NCBI RefSeq assembly: GCF_009914755.1
Contig: NC_060945.1
From: the human T2T-CHM13v2.0 reference genome, Homo sapiens
DNA length: 64,000 nt
Reading direction: 5' to 3' (one strand)
Shown piece by piece: positions 1 through 15,000 of this stretch. Every line of letters begins with the position of its first letter. The first letter of the stretch is position 1. The position numbers were made by a program, and so were the translations under genes. Below the pieces are notes generated by a model that saw nothing but the letters and a program-made list of their open reading frames with translations, was not told the origin of the DNA and searched no databases.

Positions 1-1703
1 AACCTAGAATTTGATGACAGTTAAATATATCCTTCAAAAATGAAGGAAAAAAACCCATAAATTTTAAATCTGCACAAATTATTGATAAAATAAGTAATTT
101 GACCAAGGCTGATTGGTAATAAATTGATCAGCAATTTTTAGAAGAAGTGGGTAAAGCTGCAAAAATAAGTTGTATAGTCTCTGGACAGCACCCCTCAGAT
201 CTGAAATAATTCAATCTATACATCAGGGATGCAAATCCACAAACCAGAAAATGGCAAGCCAATATTTTCACAATGAAAAGCACACAAATTTTGAAATTTT
301 CTATTTTCACAATGTTGACAAATAATTCATCTTTTATGCTTAAATGAAAAATCAAACTACCCCTGGATGCCTACACTGTACAGACCTTACCAATAGAATC
401 TTGGGGCTGGATTAACCAGGATCTGGTTGCATATCAAGTCTCTATTCTCATACCCCCACATCATTCACACAATAATACAAGTGTAGAAATAGAGATTAGA
501 ATAAAATGAAACAGATGTGTCTACAAGCCTCTTTGATTGGTGCAGAGAACATGAACTAGAATTCTATAATTTTTCAGAACAAATTGGTTAACTTTCTACT
601 CTTAGCTAAGAGTAGTTTTGCTCTCTATTCATCATGTGGCTACCCTAATGTTTTGCCATGAAGACTATTTTGAAGAAGTGTTTCAAAAACAGAAAGAATG
701 GAGAAGGCTAAGACATTTAACCTTACTGAAGGAAATGGAGGAGAAATTAATTCTGCTTTGGAATATAAAAACAAAATTTTTTTTTCAGATAATTATATAA
801 ATTTTGTGCAGTTACTGACTCCTTTTTTCTCTATGCTTCTTTTAAAATTGAACTACTTGATTTTATTGATCTTCACAAAACCTAAATTTGACTCTGTTGA
901 TTTTCTGTTTTATGTTTGACTTCTATTTAATTGGCTTCTGTTCTTGCCGTCATAATTTTCCACCTTTATAATTTCAGACATTTCTTTTGGCTTAAATTGC
1001 TATTTTTTTTTCCTAGCATCCTCAAATAAAGTACTGAAAATTTGATTTCAAGCTTTTTAATATTCTCATTAAAATCTAAAATTTTCCTTCTAAACAGTTA
1101 AATCTCTCAAATTTTACTGCATTTTATCATCAGTATCATGTATTTCAAAATATTGTCTAATTTCCATTGTGGTATTTCTTTCTTTAACGTTTGAATTATT
1201 ACAAATGGCATTGATTAATTTACAATTGTATGAGATTTTTTAAGTTAAACACCAGAAATTAATTTGTCTTACATCTGCTTATATTTTACCCTTTAAAAAG
1301 TGTATTGCCAGTGCTCAACTGAATAATAGCTCACATTTAAAGTCTGATGCCAGCACCTGTGATAGATTTCATTTTAACAAATTTTCTTTTCAAAATAAAA
1401 TTTGCATGATTTAAGGGTAATAAACTTTTTAACCCTGGAATAATGTGGTGGCTTGTTATCTATTCATTTTCTAATGTTATTTTCTTGTGTATTTGTGGTA
1501 TTAAAATTAAAGATCTATAGTTCTCTGTGAATGAGCTTTGTATACAAAGCCTTAACCGATATCCTCAGAGTTTTTAACTCTCTTAAAGTAATAATTTCCC
1601 AGTAGTTCAGAATTTGACAGTGAAGCATTCTCTGACTAAACACCTCAGGAGCAGAGAAGAGCTTAATTCACTCCATGAACCATTGCCCATGTGTTGCTGC
1701 TAA

Positions 1704-2171
<468 letters not shown>

Positions 2172-2821
2172 TAGTAAATATCTTTGAATTCACCCCATTT
2201 TGGGTGCAAAGTTGCCTGAATCCCTGCATTCGCCAACTGGCTTCCAGACTGATTTATTTCTCTGAGTGTGTGTAAGTAGATTATAACTGAACCTATGGGG
2301 GAAAGGATATAGACGTGGAAGCTGTGGGTTCCATGTTAGTGCTTTCCCATGGCTCAAACTCAGTGTAGCTGGAAATAACCTTCTGTAGCAGCCAATATGG
2401 CTATTTTAGTTATATCTCACAAACAAGGATGCTATTTGATTTTCTTTTAATGGTTACTTTCTAAGTTTTCATGAATGTAGTATTTCACAAAATAATAAGT
2501 TGTCAAAAATATGACTGGTTGTAAATGAGCTAAAATTAAAAGCAAAATGACACCTTTGTGTAGAGCTGACCAATCTTTAAATAAATTTTCTATGCATCAT
2601 CTCCTTACACCCTCAAGCAGACCTGTGAGAGAATTCACTCATAGTCTAAGGTTCTTTTGCATATGAGAAAATACAGTCTCTAAGAGAATCATAGACTTGA
2701 CAAAAGTGCCATTCCTTTAAAAAATGAGAATGTTTCACTCTTTCTGGTAAGAAACTGTGTAGATCACCAAATTAAATTTAATGTATTAAGGTGGCACTTG
2801 AGCTCTAAAAGAGTCAGTATC

Positions 2822-3501
2822 TTTTTTTTTTTTTTTTTTTGGACAGGGTCTCACTCTATTGCCCAGGCTGGAGTGCAGTGATTTGATCACAGTTCCTTGC
2901 AGCCTTGAATTCTGGGCTCAGGTGATCCTCCTACCTCAGCCTCCTGGGTAAATGGGACAATAGGCACATGCCACCATGCCTGGTGATATGGTTTGGCTGT
3001 GTCCCCACCCAAATCTCATCTTGAATTGTAGCTCCCATAATTCCTACATGTTGTGGGACGGGCCCAGTAGGAGATAATCGAATCATGGGGGCAGTTTCCC
3101 CCCTACTGTTCTCGTGGTAGTAAATGAGTCTCATGAGATCTGACGGTTTTATAAGGGGAAACCCCTTTCACTTGGTTCTCATTCTCTTCTGTCTGCCGCC
3201 ATGTAAGATGTGCCTTTTGCCTTCCACCATGATTGTGAGGCCTCCCCAGCCACATGGAACTGTGAGTCCATTAAACCTCTTTTTCTTTATAAATTACCCA
3301 GTCTTGGGTATGTCTTTGTCAGCAGTATGAAAATGTATTAATACAACTGGCAAATTTTCTGTTTATTTATTTTTATTTTTTATTTTTATTTTTTTGTAGA
3401 GACAGGGTTTTGCCATGTTGCCCAGACTGGTCTCAAACTCCTGGGCTAAAATGATCCACCTGCCTTGCCCTCCTAAAGTGCTGGGATTACAGGCGCGAGC
3501 C
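2822..3501 (-). mobile_element. Old Alu (AluJ-like) split by a THE1 LTR
   Basis: Alu sequence at 2822-2983 resumes at about 3351-3501 after the LTR. Confidence 0.8.
2984..3345 (+). mobile_element. THE1 (ERVL-MaLR) solo LTR
   Basis: Starts tgatatggtttggctgtgtccccacccaaatctc and ends taataca; 5-bp TSD cctgg/actgg. Confidence 0.9.
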
Positions 3502-4329
3502 AAGAGGCAGTTTCCAGGTCACGCAGCAAGCAGAGGATGGAACCCTGCTTCCTAAGTTTCATTTTAATGCAGTTTCAATTGTGTCCTGTGGTCTCATTTT
3601 CCCTCCCTTCATCGGCCCTCTTTCTTATTCTTCTCCTCCCCATTATCACCACCATCCTCATCACCACTAGATTGCTTGGGTAATAATCATGGTTAGTAGA
3701 CTTTTACTGGGAAATCCAAAGGGATTGAAATAATGAGTGAAAATATGGAAGGTTCTATTCAGTTTTCTGTGACAGAAATTGGAATGACAATGTTCGATGC
3801 TCCCTGGTGAACTTGATCTAATTTTGTTTATAACTTTCATAATTTAAAAAATGTTATAATTCAAGTTAGCTCTATATATAGAATTCTCATCTGTGAGTTT
3901 CTGCCATCTTAGAGATCTAGAACACAGACACAAATAGCATTAACATTAAAGAATACTTTCTGGCTAAGCCAAAGCCATCTTGGATTAATGGAAATGATAT
4001 GCCTATTTTAGATATAAAAGTGGTTCTCTGGCCTCTGGAAATACTCTAGTTAGAAAAGCAAACTACCTTTTAAAGACTAATATGATAGTTTCAATAATAA
4101 TTACACAACTATATAGTGAAGCATGCTTATGCTTACACAACTGGTAGTTATAATGTTGGAGACAATAAATTTGCAATATCAAAACTGGTACTAAAGTTAA
4201 ATAGATTAATATCTAATTTCAGGATGAAATAACGATAAATTTATCATCATATTATAAACTCTATCATTATAAACTTTATCATTCTATCTCAAGAAACTAT
4301 CCCAATGCCATATTAAAGTTTCTCTAAAA

Positions 4330-4690
4330 ATGGCCAGCCGAAATCCCTGACTCTTTTGCAACATTTTGAATTTACCAGGATTAAGGTAGATTTCTCCCTA
4401 TATTCCAGCAACTCAGCAACAGTGATTCCAGATCTCCACTTCCCTACGAAGGCAGTCCTGCTCTCTACCAGATTTCTATTAGATCTCTCATGGGCTTTGC
4501 CTCTACCAGTGGTGTGGGTTTCCACTGCTGCCTTCCCTGTTTGATCTGTTACATTCATTAGCTCTGTGAGTCTTGAATCTGGGGGTTCAGGTCTTAAGTT
4601 CCTGCTGCCCTAGCAACTGTATTTCCAGAAATTACCATCCATCTAGCTACTGGCCAGCATGTGGTTCTGACTTCCAGGAATTACTGTATT
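4330..4690 (+). pseudogene. Highly decayed KRTAP13-like pseudogene
   Basis: Blocks in family order: DFSLYSSN..DLHFPT (cf. GSSYPSN..DLCSPS), SLESGGSGLKFL (cf. KRTAP13-4 SLGNGSSGFRFL), and SCCPSNCISRNYHPSSYWPACGSDF from 4600 (cf. the family C-terminus). ATG at 4330; TATAAA at 4253. Confidence 0.7.
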
Positions 4691-6004
4691 CAGTTTCCCA
4701 GGAAGCTCATCATGAATCATTTATATGCAATTGATTTTACCAATTTTTATTTATTCTTGTCACTTTAGTGATTACAGATAACAACTTTGTTCCTCCCAAC
4801 CTTAACTTCTGTATTTTTCATTAGTCATGCCTCAGTAGCATTTTGTCACTTTTCAAAATAAGATTCATCTGGCTCTGTTCTTAGGGAATGCATGATGAAA
4901 AAATATTTTATTATATTTTTCAAGGAAAATGCATCCATTCATAGGCTACCATATAATGAGAAAATTTTAAAACAATTTTTTAAAATACAGTTCGTTTCTC
5001 TGAACTTACCATTTAGCAGGTTTAATCGATGTTAACCAAATAATTATTTAATTATAGTTGCTATTAAAGCTGTGAATAAGCAGCCTCAACATATAAGAAC
5101 ACTTAACGAAGAGATGTCACCTACTTAGAAGTCAGCAAAGGTTCCCAAAGAAAGTATCCTATCAGCTGAGTCTAGAGAGTGAGTAAAAATAGCTTGATTG
5201 GGGTGAGAAACTGGAATAAGCATATCCAATTAGAAGGTGCTTTGCACTAATTTGAATGAAAAGGATAAAAACCTATGATTAGTGATATCCAGTCATCAGA
5301 CTATCTGTATGTACTCATTCTACATTGCAAGTTCTGTCTCACATTTCTACATAAACCCTCTTTTACTGTACACCAACTAAATTTCACTTCTTCCCTAAAT
5401 ACAAAATATGCATTTTTTTCTCTCTGCTTTGGTCATTTTACTTTACCTTCTCATATTTCCCTTAGCTATTCTCATAGTTCTTGTGATTTTGATATTCAAG
5501 ATAGCTCCAACTTTTAGATATATGTTTAAAAGTTCTTCTGAAATTGGAGCTAAACTGAATTAGAATGAAATTTAAAGAGTGAGGTAGTCAGGATACGATG
5601 GTATATTGAATGTCGTGATCTTGAACAGGAGAAATTCAATTAATAAACTGCTGTATGTAAAGACCCCACTTTCCGAGCTGAGAGAGTTTGAAAATGGAGT
5701 TCTCAGGCTCGCTGGGGATGGCAGAGGAGGCGTGTTGTTGCAGATGCCTTCTAAGTTAGCTCAATTAATAATATCAATCATCTTTTACATGTCTCCCTGG
5801 TCAGATATCACTTGATACTGTAAACAATAGGCACTTAAAACAAAAAAGATACATATTTATTGTTATAAACAGAAACGAATGTAGCACACTACACACTCAT
5901 ACATACACGTGCAAATCAACTATACTGCACATTCCCAAAACATTTCTAGTCAACATTGAACTATTGGTCTTATAACGAAAAAGCAAAAAATAAAAATAAA
6001 AATA

Positions 6005-6565
6005 ACAGGAAATAAGTGGTAAAACATTCTAGTCACAGGTGCGACTGCTCGCATCGAAAATCCTAAGTAATCTATAAAATTACTATAGAAATATTGATTT
6101 TATTTGTCTATACAAATGAAAAGCATATGAAAAATTAAGTTTAAAATTAAGTTAAAATATATTGTAATAATATCAAAACATATCATTTGTGGAATAGATC
6201 TTGAATCGTATCATGGATCTATGAATTTAGGGATAATTTTTATTATCTCAAATTCACAGATCCAAAACATTCCAAACAAAAGTGCCAAAATTGCCAAAAA
6301 TTGAAAAATTGACTGAAATTTATAAAGTTTAACAGAGGAAGAATAGGCAACACCATCTTTAAAAGGAGAAATAAAATAGGAAGATGTATATCAAAATATT
6401 ATGGTACTGGAATTAAATATAGATAATTAAATTAGTGGAACAAAATAGAGTTATGCAACAGATCCACATGTGTGCTACCTATTTTTTACAAAGATGTGAA
6501 GTCAATTCGAATGTAAAAACATGTCTTTTCAACAGATGGTATTAGAGTCACTGATATGTGTAAAT
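6005..6565 (+). mobile_element. Old L1 (L1M-type) ORF2 fragment
   Basis: Decayed L1 ORF2-like A-rich sequence (e.g. tcttttcaacagatggt); appears to continue at about 17560. Confidence 0.55.
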
Positions 6566-8558
6566 ATCCAGGCATCTGGAGCACCCTCTCTCCTGGATTA
6601 AGAGTTTAGGGCACCCTTTCTACCTTTGCAGAGATCTTGGGACTGAGGAGCTTTCACACCTCCATACCTGACCCGCCTCTGAGTGTTTGGTGTCTGCCGA
6701 CAGAACTCTCCCTCAAGGCTGATGCTTGTGCCTGTCATCAGGGGACCTGTCGGCAGAACTGCCAAGTCTGGCCCTGCCCATCTTGGCCGCTGCTCCCATG
6801 GAGCTGAGCAGGGAACTCAAACCACTGCGCACTCCACAAATCAGCCCATTGGCTGAGGGAACAGAGAGCTTCTCCCAGTAAACAAGGATCAAGTTACGTA
6901 CGTAGCCACGTCGGCTGCAGCTGGCTGTTTCCCATCAGCGCCATCTACTGACTTGCAAGTCAAACCACACAGTCCAGTATAAAACATGCCAACAGAGTGC
7001 GTAGGGCTATAGAAGCAAAGCCAAAAACCCTACCCAGCATTCTCTGCAGTCGCACCCCCTAAGGAAGTAGGAAGGGGAAAGGGAGAGAAAAACAGAGAAA
7101 GAAAGAAAAAGAAAAAATACTACCCCACAAAAATAATTACAATAATTAGAAGTACCAGTGCTTCCAGACGAGAAGAAACCAGCACAGGAATTCTGTCTGG
7201 CACCATGAAAAATCTGTAGTGACACCACGAAAGGATTACATTAGCTCTGCAGCAATGGTCCTTAGCCAAAATGGAAACTCAGAATTGATAGATAAAGAAT
7301 TCAAAGCATGGATGGCAAGGAAGCTCAATGAGATCCAAGACAAGGTTGAAAATCAACAGAAAGAAACTTCTAAAGCGATCCAGGAAATGAAGAAAGAGTT
7401 AACATCTGAAGAAATAATTCAGAGCTTCTTGAAATGAGAAACTCACTTAGGGAATTTCAAAGTACACTTGAAAGCTTTATCAATAGACTGGGCCAAACAG
7501 AAAGAATAATTTTAGAGCTTGAATATTGAACTCTCCTAGGTAGACAAAAATTTAAAAAAATGATTTTTTAAAAAAACTGAAGTCTTTGAGAAATATGAGA
7601 TTTTGTAAAATGACAAGTCCTACAAATTATTAGTATTCCTGAGAGAGGAGAAAAAGTAAACAACCTGAAAAACATATTTGAGGGAATAAATTAATGAAAT
7701 TCCCCTAATGTTGATTGAGAGATAGATATTGAGATATAAGAAATCCAGAGAACACCTGTGATTTGCAATACAAAATGAATGTCACCAAGGCATACAGTCA
7801 CCAGACTGTCCAAGGTCAATGCTAAAAAAATTTTTTAAAGGCAACTAGAGAAAAAAGTCAGATTATGTACAAAGGGAACTCCATCAGGCTAACAGTGGAC
7901 TTTTCAGCAGAACCTTACAAGCCAGAAGAGATTAGGGGCCTATTTTAAGCATTCTTAAAGACAAGGAATTCCAAAATTCCAATCAAGGATTTTCTATTTA
8001 GCCAAACTAAGCTTCATAAGCAAAGGAGGAATGAAATCTCTTCCAGACAAGCAAACACTAAGGGACTTTATTACCGCTAGAACAGCCTTACAAGAGAGCT
8101 TAAAGGAGTTAAAAACCTGCTGCCGCAAACACATATTTAAGTACATAGCTTACAGACCCTACAATACAACCACAGAATAGAATATCAACAAAGCAGCCAG
8201 CTAACAACTTCGTGATAAGATAGAAACTTCACATATCAAAATTAACCTTGAATGTAAATGGCCTAATGTGTCAATTGAATGGCACAAAGTGGCAAATTGA
8301 ATTTAAAAAAGAATATTCATTTGCTGTGTTTAAGAGACCCCTCACACACACTATGACACCCATAGGCTCAAAGTTAAGGGATGGACAAAGATCTATCTCA
8401 CAAAAGGAAAACAGGAAAAAGAGCAGGAGTTGCTATTGTTATATTGGATAAAACAGACTTTAAATCAACAACAGTAAAAGAATAAAAAAGAGCATTACAT
8501 AATGATGAAGGATTTAATTTAAAAAGAAAACTTAACTATCTTAAAGATATATGCACTC

Positions 8559-8651
8559 GGCCGGGAATGGTGGCTCACGGCTGTAATCCCAGCACTTTGG
8601 GAGGCCAAGGCAGGTCAGAGTGAGACTCGGTCTCAAAAAAAAAAAAAAAAA
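8559..8651 (+). mobile_element. Internally deleted Alu (5' ~57 nt fused to 3' ~20 nt plus poly-A)
   Basis: ggccgggaatggtggctcac...ggcagg joined to tcagagtgagactcggtctc-A(n); 16-bp TSD aaagatatatgcactc at 8543-8558 and 8649-8664. Confidence 0.9.
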
Positions 8652-11600
8652 GATATATGCACTCAACATTGGAGCACCCAGATTCATAAAACAAGTACTT
8701 CCAGGTCTGCAGAAAGACATACAGCCACACAATGTTAGTGGGGAGACTTCAATACCCCACTGACAGCAGTAGACAGATAATCAAGGCAGAAAACCGATGA
8801 AGAAATTCTAGACTTGAACTCGGCACTTGACTCTAATAAATATCTACAGAATAGTCTACCCATCTACCACAGAATATACATTCTTCTCCTCTGCACACAG
8901 AACATGCTCCAAGATTGACCACATGCTCAGGCATAAAATAAGTCTCGATAAATTTAAAAAAAAAACAAACCTCATTTCATCATACTCTCAGATCACAGTG
9001 CAATAAAAATGGAAATTAATATGAAAAATTTCCCTCAAAACCACACAATTGCATTGCAATTAAGCAGCCTGAATGACTTAGCGGTTAAAAAATGAAATCA
9101 AGGCAGGATTTAAAAATTCTTTGAAATGAATGAAAACTGAGACACAACACACCAAAATCTTTTGGATGCAGCAAAAGTGGTGTTAACAGGAGAGTTTGTA
9201 GAACAAAATGCCTACCTCAGAAAGTTAGAAAGATCTCAAAGATTTGGTATCACACCCAGAGAAACTAGAAAAACAATAACGAGCTAATCACAAATCTAGC
9301 AGAAGAAAAGAAACAAGCAAAATCAAAGCACACATGGAAAAAAATTGAGACCTGAATATTTATACAAAGAATCAATTAAACAAAAAGTTTGTTCTTGGAA
9401 AGGATAAACAAGATGATTCTAACTAGTGACCTATTGATCCCTAGTTAGAGTAACAAAAAATAGAAGAGATAAGATTCAAATAAACATGATCAGAAATGAA
9501 AAAGGTGACATTACAACGAATCTCACAGAGACATAAAAGATCCTCAGAGACTATTATGAATACCTCTATTGAATCAGGAAGAAATTGAAACCCTGGAGAG
9601 ACTAATATTGAGTTCTGAAATTAAATAAGTAATTAAAAAAACTACCAACCAAAAAAAAAAAAAAAAGCCCAGTACCAGATGGATTTACAGTTGAATTCTA
9701 CCAGATGTACAATCAGGAGCTGGTACGAATTCTATTGAAACTATTCCCAAAAATTGAGGAGGAGGGACTCCTCCCTAACTCATTCTATGACTCCAGCATC
9801 ACTCTGATACAACACATGGCAAAAACAAAATTAGAAAAGACAATTACAGGCTAATATTCCTAATAAAATAAACACAATAAAAACTTAACAAATAATTAGC
9901 AAACAGAATCCAATAGCATATCAAAAAGTTAATTTATAGTGATCAAATAGGCTTCATTCCTGGAATGTAATGTTGTGTCAAGATGTGTAAATCAATAAAT
10001 GTGATTTACCACATAAACTAAATTACAAACAAAAACCAAGTAATTATTTCAACAGACAGAAAGAGCTTTCAATAAAATCCAATATTCCCTTACGTTAAAA
10101 AACCCTCAAAAAAACTAGGCATCAAGGGAACATACCTCAAAATGATAAGAGCCATCTATGACAGACCCACAGGCAACATCACACTGAATGAGAAAAATCT
10201 GGAAGCATTCTCCTTGAGAACTGGAATAAGACAAGGATGTCCACTCTCTCACTACTCCTATTCAACATAGTACTGGAAGTCCTAGCTAATGCAGTCAGGA
10301 GAAGGAAAGAAATAAAACGAATTCAAATAGGAAAAGAAGTTAAACTGTATCTCTTTGTGGATAATATGATTCCATACCTAGACAACCATAAAAACTCTGC
10401 CAAAAAGCTCCTGGATTTCATAAATGACTTAAATCAAGTTTCACAACACAAAATCAATGTAAAAAATTAGTAGCATTTCTATATATAACTATTATTTAAG
10501 CTAAGAGCCAAATCAAGAATAAAATAATATTTACAATAGTCACGTCAACAATCAAATACCTGGGAATACATCTAACCAAAGAGGTGAAAGGTCTCTAGAA
10601 GGCAAACTGCAAACCACTGCTGAAAGAAATCATAGATTATACAAACAAATGAGAAAATTTTCATGCTCATGGTTGTGAAGAATCAATACCGTTAAAATGT
10701 CTATACTGCCTAGAGCAATCTACAGATTCAATGGTATTCCTATCGAACTACAAATTTAATTCTTCACAGAATTTTTAAAAAGTATTCTAAAATTCATATG
10801 GAAAAAAAAGGATCTCAAATAGCCAAGGCAATTCTATGCAAAAAGAACAAAGCCAGAGGCATCACATTACCTGACTTCAAACTGTCCTATAAGGCTACAG
10901 CAACCCAAACAGGATGGTACTGATATAAAAACAGATACATAGACCAATGACACAGAATAAAGAACCTAGAAATAAAACTACACACCTACAGCCAGCTGAT
11001 TTTCAACAACTTCAGCAAAAATAAGCAATACAGAAAACACTCCCTATTCAATAAATGATGCTGGGATAGCTAGTTAGCAATCTGCAGAAAAATAAACCTG
11101 GACCCCTATTTTTTACTATATACAAAAATTAACTTAAAATGAATTAAACATTTAAATATAAGACCTCAAACTATGAGAAATCTGAAAGAAAACCTAGGAA
11201 ACACCATTCTGGACATCAGCTTGGGAAAGAATTTATGACTAAGTCCTCAAAAACAATTGCAACAAAACCAGACATTGATGTGGGACCTAATTAAACTAAA
11301 GAGCTTCTGCACAGCAAAAGAAGCAATCAACAGAGTAAACTGACAACCTATGGAATAAAAAAAATTCCACAAACTATGCATCTAACAAAGATGTAATATC
11401 CAGGATGTGTAAGAAACTTAAACAATTGAACAAGCAAAAAGCAAATCACCCCACTAAGAGACACTTCACACACACACACAATACAAGCAGCCAACAAAAA
11501 TATGGAACACATTTCAAATAAAAATCATCAGAAAATTGCAAATTAAAACCACAATGAGATGCATTCAAACCAGTCAGAATGGCTACTATTAAAAAGTCAA

Positions 11601-11867
11601 AAAGCATCACATGCTGGCGAGGCTGTCTAGAAAAGAAAAAACGTATGCACTGTTGATGAGAATGTAAATTACTTCAGCCACTATAAAAAAATAACAACTT
11701 AAAACATAGCTACAATTTGACCCAGCAATCCCATTGCAGGACATATATTCAAAAGAAAGTAAGTCATTTGACCAAAAAACAAACAAATAAACAAACAAAA
11801 CCACACATACACTCGTATGCTCATCAAAGCACCATTCACATTCGCAAAGACATGGAATTAACCTAGG

Positions 11868-12050
11868 TGTCGGAGGCATTTGAACCAACCCTCATGGCTG
11901 CTCTCCCTACGGAATAGCCATTCTTTTATTCCTTTACTTTCCTAATAAATTTGCTTTCACTCTACTCTAAAGACTTACTCGGAATTCTTTCTTGTGTGAC
12001 ACCCAAGAATCCTCTCCTGGGGTCTGGATCAGGACCTCTTTCCTGTAACA
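11868..12050 (+). mobile_element. MER41 5' LTR with a large internal deletion
   Basis: tgtcggaggcatttgaacca is joined directly to the R/U5 part; ends tcctgtaaca; homologous to 16591-16610 and 16980-17130. Confidence 0.85.
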
Positions 12051-15000
12051 TCTTTCTGGTGACCACAGAAGTGCAGAAGTGACTATAGTGGGAAACCCAT
12101 GACCCAAAGTGTAACTTTGGGTAACTGGTAGAGTCCAGTAACATCTTTTTGGTGAACCACGGAAGGGGCAATACTTAGAAGACTGCTTGATCCAAAGGAA
12201 ACAGACTGCAGCTCTGATCAGCCAACTTTGGGCAGGTGTTGGGGTACCCAGGTAAAGAATGGGATTGGGTTAGAGGCTCAAGTTAGGGGAGTTAGAGTCT
12301 CTCCTAAGACAGATTGGGTTAGACGCCCCTCTTAATAAAAGGCAAGGACGCTTGACAGACCTTGGGTTAGAAGCCCAACTTAGGAGGGTTAGAGTCCCTT
12401 TTAAGGAACCTAAGATTTAGGGGGTTAGAGGCCCCTCTCGGTGAAGTCCCTTTTCGATAAGAACTGGTTTGGCTCTATGGGATGTTAACCACTATTCTCT
12501 TTAAATTAATCTGCCTTGCCCTCTTTGCTGATGGCCATGGGTGAAAGGGTTAGCCATGTACAGATCATTATGAATATGGGGAGCTTTTTCCTCCCTCAAA
12601 AAGGGGAAACTTGAGAGCTGATGGGACTGCTGGAAAAGATCTGTTTGCCATCGACAAGCAGCCACCTAAAATTTTTAGTGTTGCTGCAATGGCTGGGTCA
12701 TTCTCTGACCTTCCTGAGTATCTCACCTTCCCCACTCTGACTCAGGCAATGCTTTCCTCCTTCTCTCTCTCCCTCTTTTTTTATTCCCTCTCTGAACAAG
12801 CAGGTTGAATGAATGGTAAAATTCACTGTTTATCTCCTGTAAAGTTTTGCTTAATGGAAAAAAGGATTTATAAGGCTAGTCTTAAGCTGTAGCAAAGGGT
12901 GTGCTTTGTGTGTCTTTCTGTATTATTCTGTCCTAATAAGGTGTACCTTAGGATAGAACATGGATTTAGGACACCCAGGTGTGTTTTTCAAGATGGCCCA
13001 GCAAACTTGTCAGTTAGAAAGTTTGACACAGGTCCCTGAAAAAACTGGATGAGATTTCCTTCTTGTCTTGTATGTCCATCTTTGGGAGCTTGGCCTTGTA
13101 ACCATGTGGCCATGCTTTCTCTTTTCACAATGGCAGACTGGGCTTAAGGTTCAATTCCTGGCTTAGAAAATGAGTCCTTTATTTTCTGTCTAAGTATTTT
13201 TTTTTTGAGATGGAGTCTTCCTGTGTTTCCCAGACTGGAGTGCAGTGGCATGATCTCGGCCCACTGCAAGCTCTGCCTCCCAGGTTCACACCATTCTCCT
13301 GCCTCAGCCTCCTGAGTAGCTGGGACTACAGGTGCCTGCCACCATGCCTGCCTAATATTTTGTATTTTTAGTAGAGATGGGGTTTCACTGTGTTAGCCAG
13401 GATGGTCTCAATCTCCTGACCTCGTGATCCGCCCACCTCAGCCTCTCAAAGTGCTGGGATTACAGGCATGAGCCACCACGCCCAGCCCTAAGTATTTTTA
13501 TGTATTATGTATGTGATGTTTGTATATGAAAAAGACTTAACTAATTGGTTTAATAACAATAAGAGCTTAAATCAAATATTTTGTCAGAAAAGTTAAAAGT
13601 GTAATGCCTTTTGGTTCCCATGACTTAAGTAATCTTTGAGAAATAAAAAACAATTTTAAAGATTATTGGCAAAATAAAAATATCTTCAAAAATGTAAACA
13701 TCTGGTCTAAATCATATACGTCAGCTATTTAGTTTGCTAAATGCTTTAAGGTTATAAACTGCTTATTTGTCTTTTAAAATTGTTCAATTCATTTTGAAGC
13801 ATTAGATTCTAGATAAGGCCTGAGGACATGTGGAATTAGCCGTGCCCCCTAGCTATGCAAGGAAGGCTATAAAGAAAGCTTTTATATAAGAAAGGATGTT
13901 GTACGGTAAATTATTGTCCTAAAGTAAAATAACTGGTTGTTTAAAAAGAGGGATGTTTAGGGCAAGTCAGAAAGTCTAAACATGTTGTACATGGCCTATG
14001 TAAGTCCTGAAAGGATTCGTGAGAGGGAATTTATGCACGAAATGTTGTACATTTAAAAGTGATTAGGCCTCCTAAATGCTTCATAAAAGGCATCTGTGAC
14101 TCTTAAATGTACAATTTGCCTGGTTTACAGCTAGGTAAAGCCTGGGACACATGGAGTTAGACACTAGGAAGAGTCAAACCTTAACTGCACTTCTGTCTGC
14201 TGTCCTAGGCTCCACGCCTAGTACATAATTAAAATCCCGAATTTAACAAAGATTTTCACGAAAAGGAAAAGTTTGTAAGAGTCAACAGTGCAACATGTGT
14301 TTGAGACTACCAAAAAAACCCAATTTTACACACAAGTCATGTCAGGAAAGTAGGATGTACTTTTGGTAAAAGAGTATAAGAAGACATAGAAATGTGAATT
14401 TCTTGCCTATGGTTAGAGAGTTAAGAATTGTTTTAAGCTAAATAGGATAAAGATGAAGGTTTTAGCAAGTTGTGGAAGGTTTGTGAAAATGAAAAATTAA
14501 TTGTAAAAGAGATTCTGTGTGTGAACATATTGGCTAAAGTTAAAGGGGCATTACTCAGTTTTTCCATAAATTAAACATTGGAATAAAAGCACAGCAGGTT
14601 GTTCCTAAAGCAAAAGCCTGCATATAATCTGCTCTTTAACAAACATTGTAAAGAATTTAAAAAGGTTTATGAGGATCTTACCTTATGGTCAAACTGATTA
14701 CAATTGGATAGATTTATTTATATAAGGTTTTATAAAGAATTGGGTTTGACATCAATAATGCGTTAATGCAACAGTGACATTTGGCTTATTTGGTATAAAA
14801 ATTATACGAAAAGCATTCTCAAATGTGAAATGGTGTTTGGCTTTCTTTGGGCTGTATTTGCATAAATGTTTCATTGGTATATGTTCCAAAATAATGGGAA
14901 AGCCCTATAATTCTAATATGACTTAGTATATATTATTAATAATTATAATTGTCATTGTATGGCACAGAGGTAACCAAATTTCTCTGTCAATCATGTTTTT

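Noticed and set aside
7219-10470. L1 ORF1/ORF2 fragments as coding genes
   Set aside because: Short pieces of a dead L1 with many stops and frameshifts.
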